From Trichonephila clavipes (lineage: Eukaryota): 64,000 nt of DNA. Below the pieces are notes generated by a model. That model saw only the letters and a program-made list of their open reading frames with translations, searched no databases and was not told the DNA's origin. Each line of letters begins with the position of its first letter. The first letter of the stretch is position 1. Position numbers and translations under genes: made by a program. Where the stretch lies: assembly GCA_019973935.1 (NCBI GenBank), contig BMAU01016994.1, positions 944,762 through 1,008,761 of the forward strand, in the 5' to 3' direction. Shown here piece by piece: positions 25,250 to 39,688 of the stretch.

Positions 25250-25701
25250 GTAAGTGTTTTTTTTTTATTGTAATAAAATGTTAAAATTTCCAGAAATTTC
25301 ATTCTGCTCATTAAAAGTATTGATTTCAAATTCTTTATTTTCCTATTTGAATTCTATATAGTTTATTAATACCATTAACTGAAGGGAAAAAAATTTCAAA
25401 CATGTGTATATTAATAAATTTAGCTCTAAAATTGAAAATAAGCTATATATTGTTTTATACGTATGTGAATCTCAAGTTGACTCCTAATGTATTCAGTGGA
25501 AAAGTCTGCTAACAATAGATATTGTTTTAACTGTATGCAAAATACATTTTATCAAAGTGAGGATAATTCTTTTTCTTTTTTTTACTTTATACTTTCCATT
25601 TTCTCAAAATTTGAGTTTAAAGTTATTTTATGAAAACTGCATTACTTATATTTAGGCTTTTTATAGACAGTTATTAAATTGCATTGATATTTGTTTTCTA
25701 G

Positions 25702-25851
25702 ATTTTTAATCGTAATCCTGGAGACCGTTGGATGATTAAAGGTCCTACTGAATACATTCCATCAACTGAAGTAGAAATTGTTACCAAACGATATGCTATT
25801 GCACTAGATGAAAATGAAGGAATATATGTGAGAAATATTAAGTCTGGTCAA
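25702..25851 (+). CDS. MVP: MVP exon: [50 protein letters not shown]
   Basis: The acceptor AG is at 25700-25701 and the donor is GTAAGT at 25852. It matches human ..[45 protein letters not shown]. Confidence 0.9.
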
Positions 25852-26030
25852 GTAAGTAGAGATCAACAGCCTTTGTTTGTATTAAAAAAGATACTTCAGA
25901 ATTTTTTTCATTTTCAGTGAGAAATGCTTTGAGATGTAAGAATTTTGAACAAATCTTGTATAACATTTACTGAAATTTGAAAATGTTTAACTGCAGAATT
26001 TAAGATATACTTGTTTAAGTTATTTATAAG

Positions 26031-26416
26031 GCCGTGGGTAGCCTAGTGGTTAGAGCATCGGACTCCAGACCGGAAGGCCTGGGTTCGATGCTCGATGTCA
26101 CCAAATACCCTCCGAGTGCACACAGATACGTGCTCGGCAAATCAGTGGGTCCGTAGTCTTGTGGGCTTATTCACTAGCGCAGGAACTGAGAATATTTCCT
26201 CCCCTTCAGTTCACTTGCAGAAATTGTGGAGGTGGGAGATGGAGGTCGTGCCATCTCCATCGTCCCTTCGGGAGTTCCTCACCGAGCTTAAATCGCACTG
26301 TCACCTGTATGGTGCTCAAGGCCAACGACAGGCGCACCTCTTGCCCATGCCACGACTTCGTGGGCCTCGTTCTGACGACGTCAGACAGGTGGCATTAGCC
26401 ACAACAACAACAACAA
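26031..26416 (+). mobile_element. tRNA-derived SINE, copy 2 (same family as 15961), in an MVP intron, with an 11-12 bp TSD
   Basis: It has the same head and body as copy 1 and a (CAA)n tail at 26401-26416. It is flanked by gttatttataa(g/t) at 26019-26030 and 26417-26428. Confidence 0.9.
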
Positions 26417-28107
26417 GTTATTTATAATATGATTGTGTGTGTGTGTGTGACTATAACATCCACTACATTTGTAATTTTTTGTTACTTTCTTTAAGAAAAG
26501 GACTTACTTTCAATAACAGCTAACTTTTCAAGAAGGTCAATCAGTTGTTTAATGATCACGATGAGGAACTTTCTAATTCCGACAGTGTTCCAGTTCTGTT
26601 CTAGGCTTGAGTTCTAGTTTGACTAAAGACTACTGTGTTTAGTAATATTATAATGGGTACTGCTACATGTTAACTTTAGCTGGACTGAAAAAATTCTCTA
26701 TTTAGCCTAGTATGAAAGTTAAAAAGGGAGGTATTCTTTCATGTGTAGTCCCTTTAATTCAACTGTAGCTCAAAATTATGAAGTGTCACCTGTAGTTTTC
26801 ATCTTGTTCCAAATAATGTAAATTATAATTAAAAAATTTCAGTATTTATTGTAATTACAAAATATTTTCATATATATTTATTGTTTAAATTTATTCTTGG
26901 GTTTCTTTCATGTGTCCCTTTTATTACAAATAAACCTTACTGAGCAATACTTTTACAACATATTCGTAATAATAATACAGATTTTTTTTATGTTGGGGTT
27001 TACTGTTTCACTGCAATGTGCTATTAATAATATTTAAGCTGTTCCGTAGCTTTTGTGATCCATGTCCTCTTGCAATGCATACTTTGAAGGTAGTAAACTG
27101 TTATGCAATACTTGTTAAGATCCATTAGCCTTGTTACTTTGTGGCTACTATTACTTTGTGTGACTTGTAAACAAAGTAATTGTTCTAAGAGTGAAAGAAT
27201 TAGTTCTCTTTTGTTAGTCAATCATCTGGTTTATGGACATTCTGTAACACAATGACATGATAGTTGTCTTAATGATGGTTTGTGCATACCATCAAGTTTC
27301 TTCAAAAAGAGGCTAGCCAACTGCTAAAGCTGTAGCATTGATGTTGCAGAATTTAAATCCATTGTTGGTCATTACATTTAGCTTTCTACCTCATGTTAAG
27401 TTCTGGTAAACACAGGTTACAGAATCTTGTATGTGGATTCTACAAACCCCCAAAAATGATTTTTTTTTCATCTTACTGACAAGACCTTGATATGCTAGCA
27501 TATATTACTAACATTGAATGTTCTTGATGTATGGATGTTTATATTTCTATAATGTATATCTTTCTGGATGCTGACTACTTTTTCAGTACATCCTTGTACA
27601 TTATATATTGAAAATAAAATCTAAAATTCCAACTTCAAAAATGCTCTTAAATATTAGACCATCTCTGAAGTCAAAATAAAGCCAAAGAAATGTTTGCAAC
27701 CAAGTCAAATCATAAGTAATAATAAAGATGAATAATGAATTTTAATGAGTTTTGTTTTCCATTTAATTTTTGCTTTTAATCATAAATTATAATCTTTTTG
27801 AGTTATTTTACTGTGTATTTCATTTTAATAAAACAAAAAAAAATAGCCATGAATTGTTCTTATATGGCCTTTGAATCTTTATTAATATGATTTACTACAA
27901 TGTAGCTTTTTCATAGAACATATCTAGTGCATTGTAAAATGTTTATCTATAAGAATGAATTAATTTTTTTTTCAAATCTTTAAAAGGATTTAACTATTAA
28001 CTTGTTTTATATTTTATTATAAATTTCTTTATTAAAATAATTTGATTCTATTAGAAGTTTATAATTATATTATTAAGCTTAAAATTACATTTATTTCTTT
28101 ATGTCAG

Positions 28108-28370
28108 GTTCGTCTTATTTCTGGTTCTACCTATATGCTTAATCAAGATGAGGAACTTTGGGTAAAGGAATTGCCACCCCAAATAGAAGAATTGTTGAAT
28201 AAAGGTCATGACCCTTTAAGTGATAGAGGCTCCTGGAGACAAAAGGCAGATACTGCTCATTTTAAACAAAAAGCTACAAAATCAGAAGAAGAAGGAGCCA
28301 GAGCTGTTACTTTAAGAGTTCCACACAATGCAGCTGTCCAAATTTATGATTATAAACAAAAAAAGTCAAG
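28108..28370 (+). CDS. MVP: MVP exon: [87 protein letters not shown](R)
   Basis: The acceptor AG is at 28106-28107 and the donor is GTAAGT at 28371. It matches human [61 protein letters not shown]. It ends in phase 2. Confidence 0.9.
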
Positions 28371-31300
28371 GTAAGTATTTTTAGAAATAAAGATTTGGAA
28401 CATTTCTTTTTAATTATTTGAATGTGTATTATGTCTTGATTGATTCTGGAGAAGGCATAACTGATCTTTTTTTTTAAACTTATTTGTGTTACTTTTAAGT
28501 TATGCACTATTCAATCAAAACGAATTAAAACTTCTATGATATTTTCCTAAAAGTGCACATTATTTTTTCACGTTTTGACTGCCGTGGCAGTTTTTGGGAT
28601 TCCAGTGTAAAAAAATTTGAGTATCCAGTGTGGTACAAATTACACAACTATTACAAAATTCATATTTACTCTGATATACTACAAGTTTTATTATAGGTGC
28701 TCAAATATGGCAAGTCAAAAGAAAAACTTCCTGATAACTTGTAAATGGTGTCTTGGGCAATAATGGAAACTACAAATTAACTAGTGGCAGTCAAAATGTT
28801 AAAGTTCTTTTGTATATTTCGTTTGCTATGGGAAAATTAAGAGTAATTTCTATTAGCTGCTGAAATTATATTTGTATTAAAGAACATAAAACAGACTACA
28901 AAAACTACTTTTATGGAAGGGGTTTTGTAGGCAAAAAATGTATGGGGATAAAAAAGAGTGAGGTTTGAAACTTCAAATCTCTATCTTGTGTATGCCATTG
29001 TATGTAATACTTATCAAAAGAGTGGTATATTTTCTGTTAAAATTTCATCGATGAATTAAAAAGCATGAAAAAATGTTGAAAGTATGAATGTTCCTTTAAA
29101 AATATTCCTAATTTGTTTAGACTAGGGATGGCCAATGTGTGGCACATGTGCCACAGTGTAGAACAGCAAAGTTGTATCTGTGGCATGTGAAGACTTGCTG
29201 AAAATTCAAAATATTTGAAAAGATGATAATAATTAGCAATTTTTTTTAACAATTGTATTGAAATGCGGCTGTTTTAAACTAAAAAATACACTCAAAATTT
29301 ATTTGAAATACACTTAATTAATTAAATTACAATGGGAAATAATCACATGTAGAGACTCAATCTCTAATGTTGTGTATGCTGGCTTTCCGATATTATGGAA
29401 AATTTAAATAATTTTAATTTATAATCACAGAGAGAAAAGATTGTATTTTTCCTACGCAAGTTAAGTCCTATAACTTTTATGAAGAGTTTTTTGCTTTTGC
29501 AAAAAAGGTTAATTAATTCAGGAACTATTTACCAAAGTTAACAATTCTCCAAATGACGGATTAAAAAATTTAATATTCATTTTGCAGGATTCGTTCAGTA
29601 CTAAGTTTGCTAATTTTCAAGATGATAAAAAATGCTGTTCTTTTCACAAATCTTTTTTAACATCTCTGCAAGACTTTGATTATTGCCCACCTGAAATCGA
29701 AATTGTGACCTACAACACAATATATACTGAAAAACAAGTATAAGGAAGCTATTTCAACTGTAAATGATCCGAATTATGTTGAATTTTGGAAATTTGTACT
29801 AACAAGCAATTCTCCAAATTTACACGATTTGGCTGTCATATATTGCTGTAGGTTTAGATCAACATATATTTTGTAAACAAATGTTTTCTGTTATGAACAA
29901 AATAACATTAAAAACTCAAAATTAACTGATATGCACCTAAAACAATTTTGTTAGCATCTTGAAGAGATAACTCTGATCTCTACAGTGGCGTAGTGGATTC
30001 TAGGGGTTCAAAGCCTGACTGACCCCAATTACGTAATCCTTTTAAAAATCGGGGCCCGTGACTTTGCTGGGAGCTCCTAATATTTTCCATTATGCCACTT
30101 CTAATCTAATCCTAATATAGATTACTTAATAAAAAAAAACTGCAAATTCAAAAATCACATTAAGCAAATACTGACTATTTAATATTTATTTAGAATTAAA
30201 TCATTCAAGTTACTCCCTTTCATTTTATACCAAATATAACTGATTGAACCTGTATAAAGTTAATTAACAATAAAAGCTAACTTTGTACTTTTGTCTTATT
30301 TATTATATTTTTAAAAATTTGCGCTACTTATATTTGCATAAAAAAAGGAGTTATTTGTGCGAAAATCCCATGATAAATCTTTATGTAATTATTTTTTTCT
30401 CCTTTTCATACTTTTTTTTTTGTTGAAAATGCAAGTGGCATGTGTAGGGTTTTTTTTATCAGATAGTGATACTTCCCCAAAAAGTTTGGACACCCCTGGT
30501 TTAAACCTTGTGATCATGTTAGTTCTTAGATTATCTTCTCTCTATTGAAATCACTTATAAATATGTTCAATTATAATCAGAAATGAAGAAGGAATTAATA
30601 CATATTCTGGTTTCAACAAGTTTTTTAAATTTCCTGTTTTTTTTGGAACTCCAGATCTATTTCCTAAGTTATCTTAAGATTTGTGAGTTATTCAAAAAAA
30701 TTGCATTAGGATTTTTAAAACTTAATTCCTTCTTTTTGATTGAGTTTTATTAATTGTTTATATGAAAGCAATACCTTTTCAGCTTTTATTCTAAAAGGTT
30801 AAATAGTGAATCATTTTGATATGTTTAATATATTGTTTTTAACCTAATATATTTTTTGAGAGGAATGCTAAATATTTAAAAATTATATAAATGTTCTGGT
30901 TTATTGTGAAATATCTTAAATTGTATTATTTAGGAATTAAAGGTATTTTTCAGATGAAAAAATTCGTTAAAAATGTTTTAAACTTATGTGATTTAAAATG
31001 GTTTTAAAATTTCAAATTTAATGTTCTTATTTTCTTCAGAAAGATACATTAGATTGTATGTATGGATATACATTATATTGTATTCATTAATGTATTATTT
31101 TTGTATATATAATATATGTTCATGATTTTTTTCTAGATGTACTCGCATATAGTATTATTGTATGTCAGCATACTTTAAATTACCTCAGTCTGTATTATTT
31201 ATTTTTTAATGTATCAACTTTGTGAAACTTTCATCAAATACATCTCCTATTTGAAATATTTATTTTGTAAAATATTTTAAATAAACAAGTGTTTTATTTT

Positions 31301-31378
31301 TAAATTCACATTGATTTTAATAGTATGTGAATCAGTACCCAGTAATTTTATAATATAAAAAAAATTATTAACTTTCAG

Positions 31379-31576
31379 AGTTATTTTTGGTCCAGATCTT
31401 GTAATGCTAGCACCTGATGAACAATTTACACAACTTTGTCTTTCCGGTGATAAACCAAAAAGACCAAATGTTATTAAAACTCTCTGCTTACTCTTGGGAC
31501 CTGATTTTTGTACAGATATCATTACTGTTGAAACTGCTGACCATGCTAGACTTTCATTGCAACTTTCATATAATTG
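31379..31576 (+). CDS. MVP: MVP exon: (R)[65 protein letters not shown](W)
   Basis: The acceptor AG is at 31377-31378 and the donor is GTTTGT at 31577. It matches human [67 protein letters not shown]. Confidence 0.9.
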
Positions 31577-32829
31577 GTTTGTTATTATTCTTTATTTTTT
31601 GTTAGCATTAATTTTGTGAAAATAATGAGCTTTTATCGTAATTAACATGTTAATCACTAAAAAGTATTTTTTTTCAATGTTAACATTGGAAAAAAAAACT
31701 TTATTAAGTTAACTCATTCCATAAATAAAATATTATAAAATTATTCATTACTGGATTTGAAAAAAATTATTAGTTTTTAAGATGGTATTATTCTAAACAG
31801 AAATATTAAGTTTTTAAATATGGTGGCTGTATAAAAAAGCTTTTGGATAGTTAATAGTTTTTTAAAAATATATTTAATGTATTTTTTCGAATCTAAACCA
31901 CACCTCTAATTCTCAACAAGTTTTTGTAAAAAAATAAAAAATGGTTTATAAATATCAGATATTTACAAAAATTTAAATTGAGAACAAATAAAAAGTGAAT
32001 AATTAATTTATTTCACCAGTATTAAAAACTTAAATACATGCATAAGCCTGTAATTGTTCTAGTATCATGTTCAATTTCCCGAATCCAATGAATTTTTCTT
32101 CCTGCGATTCTAAGCCACATCCAATTTTCAGTATCATTTACATTGGGGAAAAAAGTGCAGCTTAGATTTGAATAAATGCAGAAGGAATGTATTTAAAATT
32201 TACTTTGTTATTATGATGTTTTATTAAGTATTTCACACATATTTCTTTTTAAGATGGCTTAAAATTAATTAAGCTTCTTTCACTTCAAAAAGAAGTTTTC
32301 CACATTTATAATTATGAGGCAGTAAGATGGAAAGTTGAAAAACTAGATTAAAAAGAAAATTCAAAAATGATAAGTTTTACCTTAAATCATATTGTGAAAC
32401 TGATTTTTACTATTTGACTTATTTAATACTTTAACACTATATTTTTTTATTAAATTGCCTTTGTCATTGCATAATGCTTCCTTGTTTAGACTATCCAATC
32501 TTTCAATCCTCTTGTCTATTTTCTCTCTTATCTAATCCTCTTATCTTATATATTTTTCTATTGTTAGTTAGTATGGTATTGGAATTATTGTCATTCATTT
32601 AAATCTTACTTTTTAAGACGGCATATGTAAGTTTTTATAGTACCAGTAGAAAAATAAAGTTTATAATCGCATTAATTAATTAAATATGCAGCCATTTTGT
32701 ATTATATCAAATGTCCTGCATTAAGGTTTAAAAAAGAAAAGAAAAATTGTTCGTAACAGATTGGATTTTGATTATGATATTTGGATGTCTTTGTTTTATT
32801 TTAATAATGGCTTTATTTCATCTCTGTAG

Positions 32830-32971
32830 GTACTTTGATATTGGTGATAAAAGCCCTGAAGCAGCTGCTAAATTATTCAGTGTTCCAGATTTTATTGGTG
32901 ACCTTTGCAAAGCAATAGCTTCCAGAATTCGTGGCTCTGTTGCTGGGACAAATTTTGATGATTTTCATAAA
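32830..32971 (+). CDS. MVP: MVP exon: (W)[47 protein letters not shown]
   Basis: The acceptor AG is at 32828-32829 and the donor is GTATAT at 32972. It matches human [49 protein letters not shown]. Confidence 0.9.
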
Positions 32972-35747
32972 GTATATACTCCAAAGATACTAATTATTAT
33001 TAATTTTTAATTTAATGTTAGCAAACTTATAATTTGTTATGTGGTTCTATAAATTGAAAATTACATTGAATTTTATGTTGACTTTACCTACTGAGATATT
33101 ATGTGTTTGAGAGAGAAAATGTTAAATTGATTGCCATTATAGTACTAAGCTTTTACTTATAGTTAAACAGCAGTGTGTAAAATGTCCTTTTATTGAACTT
33201 ATTGTTCTGTACTATAGCACTAACCATGTATATATGTTTTATGTATGCTAAATATTTTCCTATACATTCTTAATTTTATTATCTAATGATTAAATATGAA
33301 TTGTCTATTCATAATTAGAGTTCAGTTTTTAATTTAAGCCATATGTAACATAGTTAAGTAAATTATTCTGTGCTCTGATCTTATTTGGCATTTTAAAGTT
33401 AAATGTTTATTTTTTTTTAGATATAGGTATTATTCAATTGTTATAAAAAGTCTTTCAGTAGAATTTTTAAAAATAAATTGTATAAAAAAAGGGTGTTTTT
33501 AAGTGCCGTAAAGTGAATTTTCCAGTATGACACACATTTAAATGAGATTTTTATTTATGGATGTTTTTATGAGTTTCAAAATAAAAGTTACCATTAGGTC
33601 TCAATAGATCTGCAAACAAACCCAGCTTTAAACGTAATTGCAAAATTATTTAATGAAAGTAAGAAATGTAAACTGGTGAATTGATATATATTATATAAAT
33701 TTATGCAGAACTGTATGTTAATCGTCTTTATTTATATGGAAAAATTTTTTATCATTGGCATCTAGAGATATTTGATAAATTACTAAAAGGGTAAAATTTT
33801 AGTATTAATTACTAATTCTGATGTTAGTTGAATGTGAAAGAGAAATTAGGGGCAATAATTAAGTGACAAGAATAGTAGGGTAATTTTTAAATATACTACT
33901 CTATCTTAATATTGGAACTTTTTCATAATTTTAAAATAAAAATATTTTTTGAAGTTCATTAAAAGTAATTAGGATCAAGTAAAATTATATCTGTTATGTA
34001 CAGAAAGTTGTTGATACATGAATTATGCACCTTTTAAAAATGGAATTGTTTAAAAGCAATGTATTGTTTTTTTTCAATATGTTCAAAGTTTCAATATATT
34101 ATATTTCAGTATCACTTAAGTACTCTTCTTTGAACTTAATACATTTGTCTTTTTTTTTCTTTTTCTTCATATTTTTCAAACTTATCAGTTGTAATGGTCG
34201 TCAACAACACTTATTTGTATCTTCGTTTCTTCTGTGTTAAATCTGTCTCTTCATGTCACTTTCATTTATGGGAACAAAAAAAAGCACAGAACAAAAGTAA
34301 TAGAATGAAGTTAGTTGAGTAAAGGGGGTGTGGTACAAGGGAGACATTTTTTTGCCCAAAACTGGCGCAATGAGATTGCTGTGGCTTCAGGTGTATTGTG
34401 ATGGATAAACTAGTTTCTTGTTTGGCACAAATCATACCTTTTTTATTGCACCTTTTTACATAATCTTCATTAAGTTTTCTATTTAGAAATTTAAGTAATC
34501 TGACCTGATCGAATAAACTCCAAACGCACAATCTCCCTCACATTAAAGAAACAATTATCATTATACTGGTATTTTGATTTCACTTGATGAGCTTTTTTGA
34601 TGGCTTGATTGCCATTTGGTTTCGAGATCATAAGAATAGCACTATGTCTTGTCATCAGTAACAACCTTGGAAAAGAAATCTAAGTTGTGCTTCGGAACTC
34701 AGTTCTTTACAAGGTAAGTTCTTTCTAAGCATATTATATTTCCACTTGAATGAAGAATCCAAAGTGCAACACAAAAAAATCCATTTTGCTACAACTCTTC
34801 TCATTCCTAAATCTTCTGTTAATTGCACTTAATTGAACCAAGCTCCTAGATAATCTAGGTAACTTCCCCATTTTATTAATGGTCCATCATTAGTCTGCAA
34901 GAACAAGGTCATAAATTTGTTTATCAATGAGAGAACTGCTTGTGCATTGTTTTTTTAAATAGCCTATCCGTGTAAGGTGTTCAACATTGTGACAGTAGTT
35001 TATCTGATGTTTTCCAAACAGGAAATACATAAAATTTCATAGTTACTCACTGTTCTCTTAAATCAGATATTATAAAAAATGAGTGAAAATGGGGAATTGC
35101 TTTTTTTTAGAAACTTCCACTTTCAAAATGAGGCCTTTTGGTGGACTAAACTCAAAGAGGGATGCTCTACACTCATCTATCAAGAAAGAAAGTGCACACC
35201 ATAGAAGCTCTGCCCCCCTCTCCCCCAAAGTATTTTTCGGGGGTTTTGAGGGGTACCCTCTCACATTTCACAATTTAATCAATGTGATTATTTTATATTC
35301 TGGATTGTTTGCTTGTAAACAAAATTTTGAATGCTAAATAATTAAGATTTGTATTGGAATTTGAAATTGTGATGGATTTGAAAAATTGTCAAGAAATTTA
35401 TACCAATGCATTTTATAGTTTCAACCACTATTTTGAATCTTAAAAGGAGTCTTTGTAAGTGATTATATAAAATATTTTCTTACATTTACATTATTTAGTT
35501 GTATATATGATCATTTAATTTTATTTGTGAAACTAAATCAATATATATAAAACTAGGTAGTATGATGCAAGAAAATGTTTTTTGATTTTGAAATTTTTAA
35601 TGAGAAAATTATAGTGTTTAATTAGTTTTTTAAAAAATATTCAGAAAAAGAAATTCATTAAAAAAATGCCGTACATTTCTACAAAATGCAAAACTTTTTC
35701 AAAAATTTTGTAGTTCTGAATATTTTATGCATCATTTCTTCCTTTAG

Positions 35748-35959
35748 AATTCTGCCAAAATCATACGCACAGCTGTTTTTGGATTGGATGAAAACAAGAA
35801 AGTTAGAAGAACTTTTAACTTCCCTCAAAATAATCTGAATATTACTAGTGTGGATATTCAAAGTGTTGAACCTGTAGATCAACGAACCAGAGATTCATTG
35901 CAAAAGTCTGTTCAGCTTGCTATAGAAATTACCACTCAAAGTCAAGAAGCCACTGCTAG
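35748..35959 (+). CDS. MVP: MVP exon: [70 protein letters not shown](R)
   Basis: The acceptor AG is at 35746-35747 and the donor is GTAAAT at 35960. It matches human [62 protein letters not shown]. Confidence 0.9.
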
Positions 35960-36525
35960 GTAAATTTAATATTCATGAACTATCCATTTATTTTTTTTAA
36001 AAAAAATTTATCATTAAATACAATATATTGAAAACTATTTTTTTTAGATTTTTATTTCTTGTTCGGTTTTATAAATCATTATGACAAATTCAATTTTTTT
36101 TCTTTGATAAAATTAGTTTGTATTAAGCATATTTGTACAAATATATTGCCAAAAATTTTGGTGTATGTAATTTATATGTACAATTACTTAAATTTAAAAA
36201 ATATTTTTCAGCAATAAAATAATTATCAGTCTCAAATTTTAGACATCTCAAATCAAGTGTAATACTTTAATTGAAATTAGTTATATGGATTATATATACA
36301 TTTTTGGATATTAGACTATGCTTGCAAATAAGCCTTGAATTGATACGCTCTGCTTATTTAAAATGATTATTTGATTATATTGATTTAAAATTATATAATT
36401 TGTTCAATGTGATTGTTTATTTTTAGAAGCAGTGAAATTTTTTGTAGTAAATTTTGTGCGTAAATGTGTTAATCTAATATAAAATGGGATAGAAAAATTA
36501 AAAAGAGTTAATATAGAAATACTAG

Positions 36526-37878
36526 TATGAGGGGTGATAAAAAGGAAGGTTGCAAGTCAAATAAAGAAATATTTATTAACAATAGACAGAAAATACAAAA
36601 GGGAATTAAGAGGCATACATGCCCCTATTGCTCTTTTCAACATAATCACCAAGTCTATTTAGGCATTTATCAGATCGCAGAACTAACTTGCTTAACCCCT
36701 TTTGGTAGAAATTGGGCCCCTGTCCATTGAGCCAAGTCTCGGCGTATGTTTTCACAGCACTGTCTGAAGAGAACCATCTATGGGATAAGTGCTCCTTCAA
36801 CCTCGAAAATAAGAAATAGTCACTGGATGCCAAATCTGGGCAGTATGGTGGTGGTGGGGTGACTTAAGATTTCCCACCTGAACTGTTGCAACAATTCTTC
36901 CATTGCTCGAGCAATATGGGGCCTGGCGTTGTCATGCAGGAGAACACCTTCACTCAACGTGCTTGTCCGTTTGCACCATATGGCTTTGTGTAACCTTGTC
37001 AAAATGGCACAATAAGGATCTGCATTCATGGTCTGGCCACGTTCCAGGTAATCAATTAGGATAATACAACATGAATCTCAGAATATGGTTGCCATAACAT
37101 TACTGGCAGAGGGTGCAACCTTAATTTTTTTTTGTTCGTGATCTAGGGTGTTTCCACTCCATGGTTGCTTTTTTGCTTTTAGGGAAGAAATGAGGATGCC
37201 AAGTTTCTTCCCCTGTAACGATGTGATTGATGAATTGCTGGCCATCAGAATGGTAATACTGAAGAAATGTGAGATTGCACATCATTCGTGTGGCTTTGTG
37301 CTCATTGGATAACACATGTGGAACACAGAGGGCACACACCTTGGAATATCACAGCACATCAGAAACGATTTGCTGCACGCTGCCATAGCTCAGTCCCAGC
37401 TCTGACGAGATTTCACGCAGAGTTATCAGTCGATCATTTTCTTTCGATCGATTCTTCAACTCGTGCCATGTTGATTTCTGTTGTTGAGGAACTTGGCTGG
37501 CTGCTCTCTGCCATATTGGGGTTTTCGACATCCTGTCTACCTGATTGAAAAGAGTGACATCATTTCATTATTTGTTGTCTGCTCATTGCTTCTTCACCAT
37601 CAGCTTCCTTAGATTTGACTGTGAATGTCAGATGTGGACACATTATTTGCCCATAAAAATCAAATCGCAGCTCGCACTTCCATATGAGACCAATTTTCTT
37701 AGTGTCTTGCCATTTCAATCGTCCTCAACCATCTGGGAACTTTCACTACCTACCCACACACCAGCTGTATGACAAATAGTGCCATCTGTCTTCACCTTGG
37801 GGAAACAAAATTTCTCAACCGTATGTAGTTTTGGTTGTAAAAAAGGTTGTAACCTTTTTTTCTGATCATCCCTCATAA
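36526..37878 (-). mobile_element. mariner-like element (~1.35 kb) with ~30-bp TIRs; the transposase is a pseudogene with stops and frameshifts. It lies in an MVP intron.
   Basis: Minus-strand ORF fragments give ..HDNARPHIARAMEELLQQFRWEILSHP.. , ..SSDYFLFSRLKEHL.. , ..IVTGEETWHPHFFPKSKKATMEWKHP.. and an N-terminal HTH (ITLREISSELGLSYGSVQQI). The TIR on the left is tatgaggggtgataaaaaggaaggttgcaa. On the right the reverse complement is tatgagggatgatcagaaaaaaaggttacaacc. Confidence 0.8.
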
Positions 37879-39444
37879 AATTTTATAAACAAAGTGTCTT
37901 AAAATATACAAACACATCGAGAACTTAATCATCTTGTTATTATCACTAAATATTCTTTTAAGCACTAATGTGATGAAATAAGTTTAGTATAGGATTTAAT
38001 AGCACATGTTAACATTTGATACTGAAGGCATTTTTTAGTTGACACCAAAAGATTTACTAAACACATTAATTTTATTTGCATTCTTTTTTTTAGTTCCAGC
38101 TTCCAAGTCATTGTTTATGATTTTTAACTGTTTATGTGTCTCCATAAGATGAAATGCATTCAAAAAACACAAATTCTTTGTGTCTAACACAATTTCCTTT
38201 GTGTTAGTCATGTATTTATCAATTTGATATAAAATTGTAGAATCTTTAAAGATGATTATCTCTTGTTAGTTAATCTAATTTTCATTGTTCGTTCTATAAA
38301 AGGCTAGTCACTCTAAGTTGTCATTGTTTGTTTCTACTTGGACTTTATATTGAATTACAGGAAAGTTAACTTTTGTAAATTAACCAGTTGAAACCTCTCT
38401 TCATCAAAAGATTGAGAAAAGGGATTTCATTCCACAATCATAGTATTTTAGTCATATTTTTAAAGAATAAGTTCTTTTTCATGGTTTGTTATTGGCCTAA
38501 GTAGTTAGGTTCAATGTATCATTATTTACTATTATTTAAAGTTTTTTCCCCCTACACGATAAACTAGTCTGAGATAAGTTATCTGTATCATCAAAAAGAG
38601 TTATTTCAATTTAATTTTAAAATATAGATCCCTTTAGAGTCTGATGTACATAATAATTAAACAAACTCTAAAAATTACTTACTATTCAAAAATGTTAGAT
38701 AATATTGAGTAATATAACCATAGTAGAGAGAGATTTCTTCGCATACTGGTATTATTAGTTATGAAACAAACTGAGATTGAGTTACCTGCTACTTTTTGTA
38801 AAAAGTGTTTAATGTATGAGAAAATTAATACTTTGATTTTTGAGGGTACTGTGTATATGGTTTTGGTTGTATATGTGATTAAGAACATTTCCTAAAATCA
38901 TGGAAATTTGTAAAATACTTCTGAAATTTATTATGTGTGTATCATAATTTATTTAATTGTTTTGGGTGATTAAATTACAAAAGTATTGATGTAGTAGAGA
39001 AAAAAAATGTCTAATGAAAGTGCTTACAGATTTATTACAATCTTTAATTCCAACAATGAAAAATATTTGTTATATTTCACTTCAAAATATGCAAAGAATG
39101 GGATAATTGTTGAACACATGTTTTCAAATGGGCTAGGTTTATGAGGAGCAATTCATGATAAATGTAATCTTGTGTTTGTGATTGAATTCAAAGCTGATGT
39201 TTGATTTGTACTTATAAAATCGAGATACAATATCAAATTTGATAATTGATAAAGATGTCTGAGAATTAAGATTCTTCAAAAAGTTTTTCAAAACAAAATC
39301 TTTATTTCAGGCGTCACACAAAAAAAATTCGAAAAGAAAAATTTTTTGTAAAAAACTAGAATATGCAATAGTGAAACACATGAACTGACTAGCTGGAACA
39401 TTTATTATGACAAAAATGTTATGTATTTCATCTCCTCATTGTAG

Positions 39445-39688
39445 ACATGAAGCAGAGAGAAGGGAGCAAGAAGCTCGTGGTCGCCTTGAACGACAGCGAA
39501 TATCTGATGAGGTAGAAGCAGAAAAATCAAGGAAAAGCTTGTTGGAATTAAAAGTCAGTAGCATGTCCATTGAAAATTGTGGTCAGGCTAAAGCAGAAGC
39601 TTTGAGTCGTGCAGAGGCTAAAAGAATTGAAGCTGAAGCTGCTGTAGAGCAGGCTAAATCAAAGGCAGAGGCTATGACAATTGAAGCA
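39445..39688 (+). CDS. MVP: MVP exon: (R)[81 protein letters not shown]
   Basis: The acceptor AG is at 39443-39444 and the donor is GTATGT at 39689. It matches human [85 protein letters not shown]. Confidence 0.9.
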
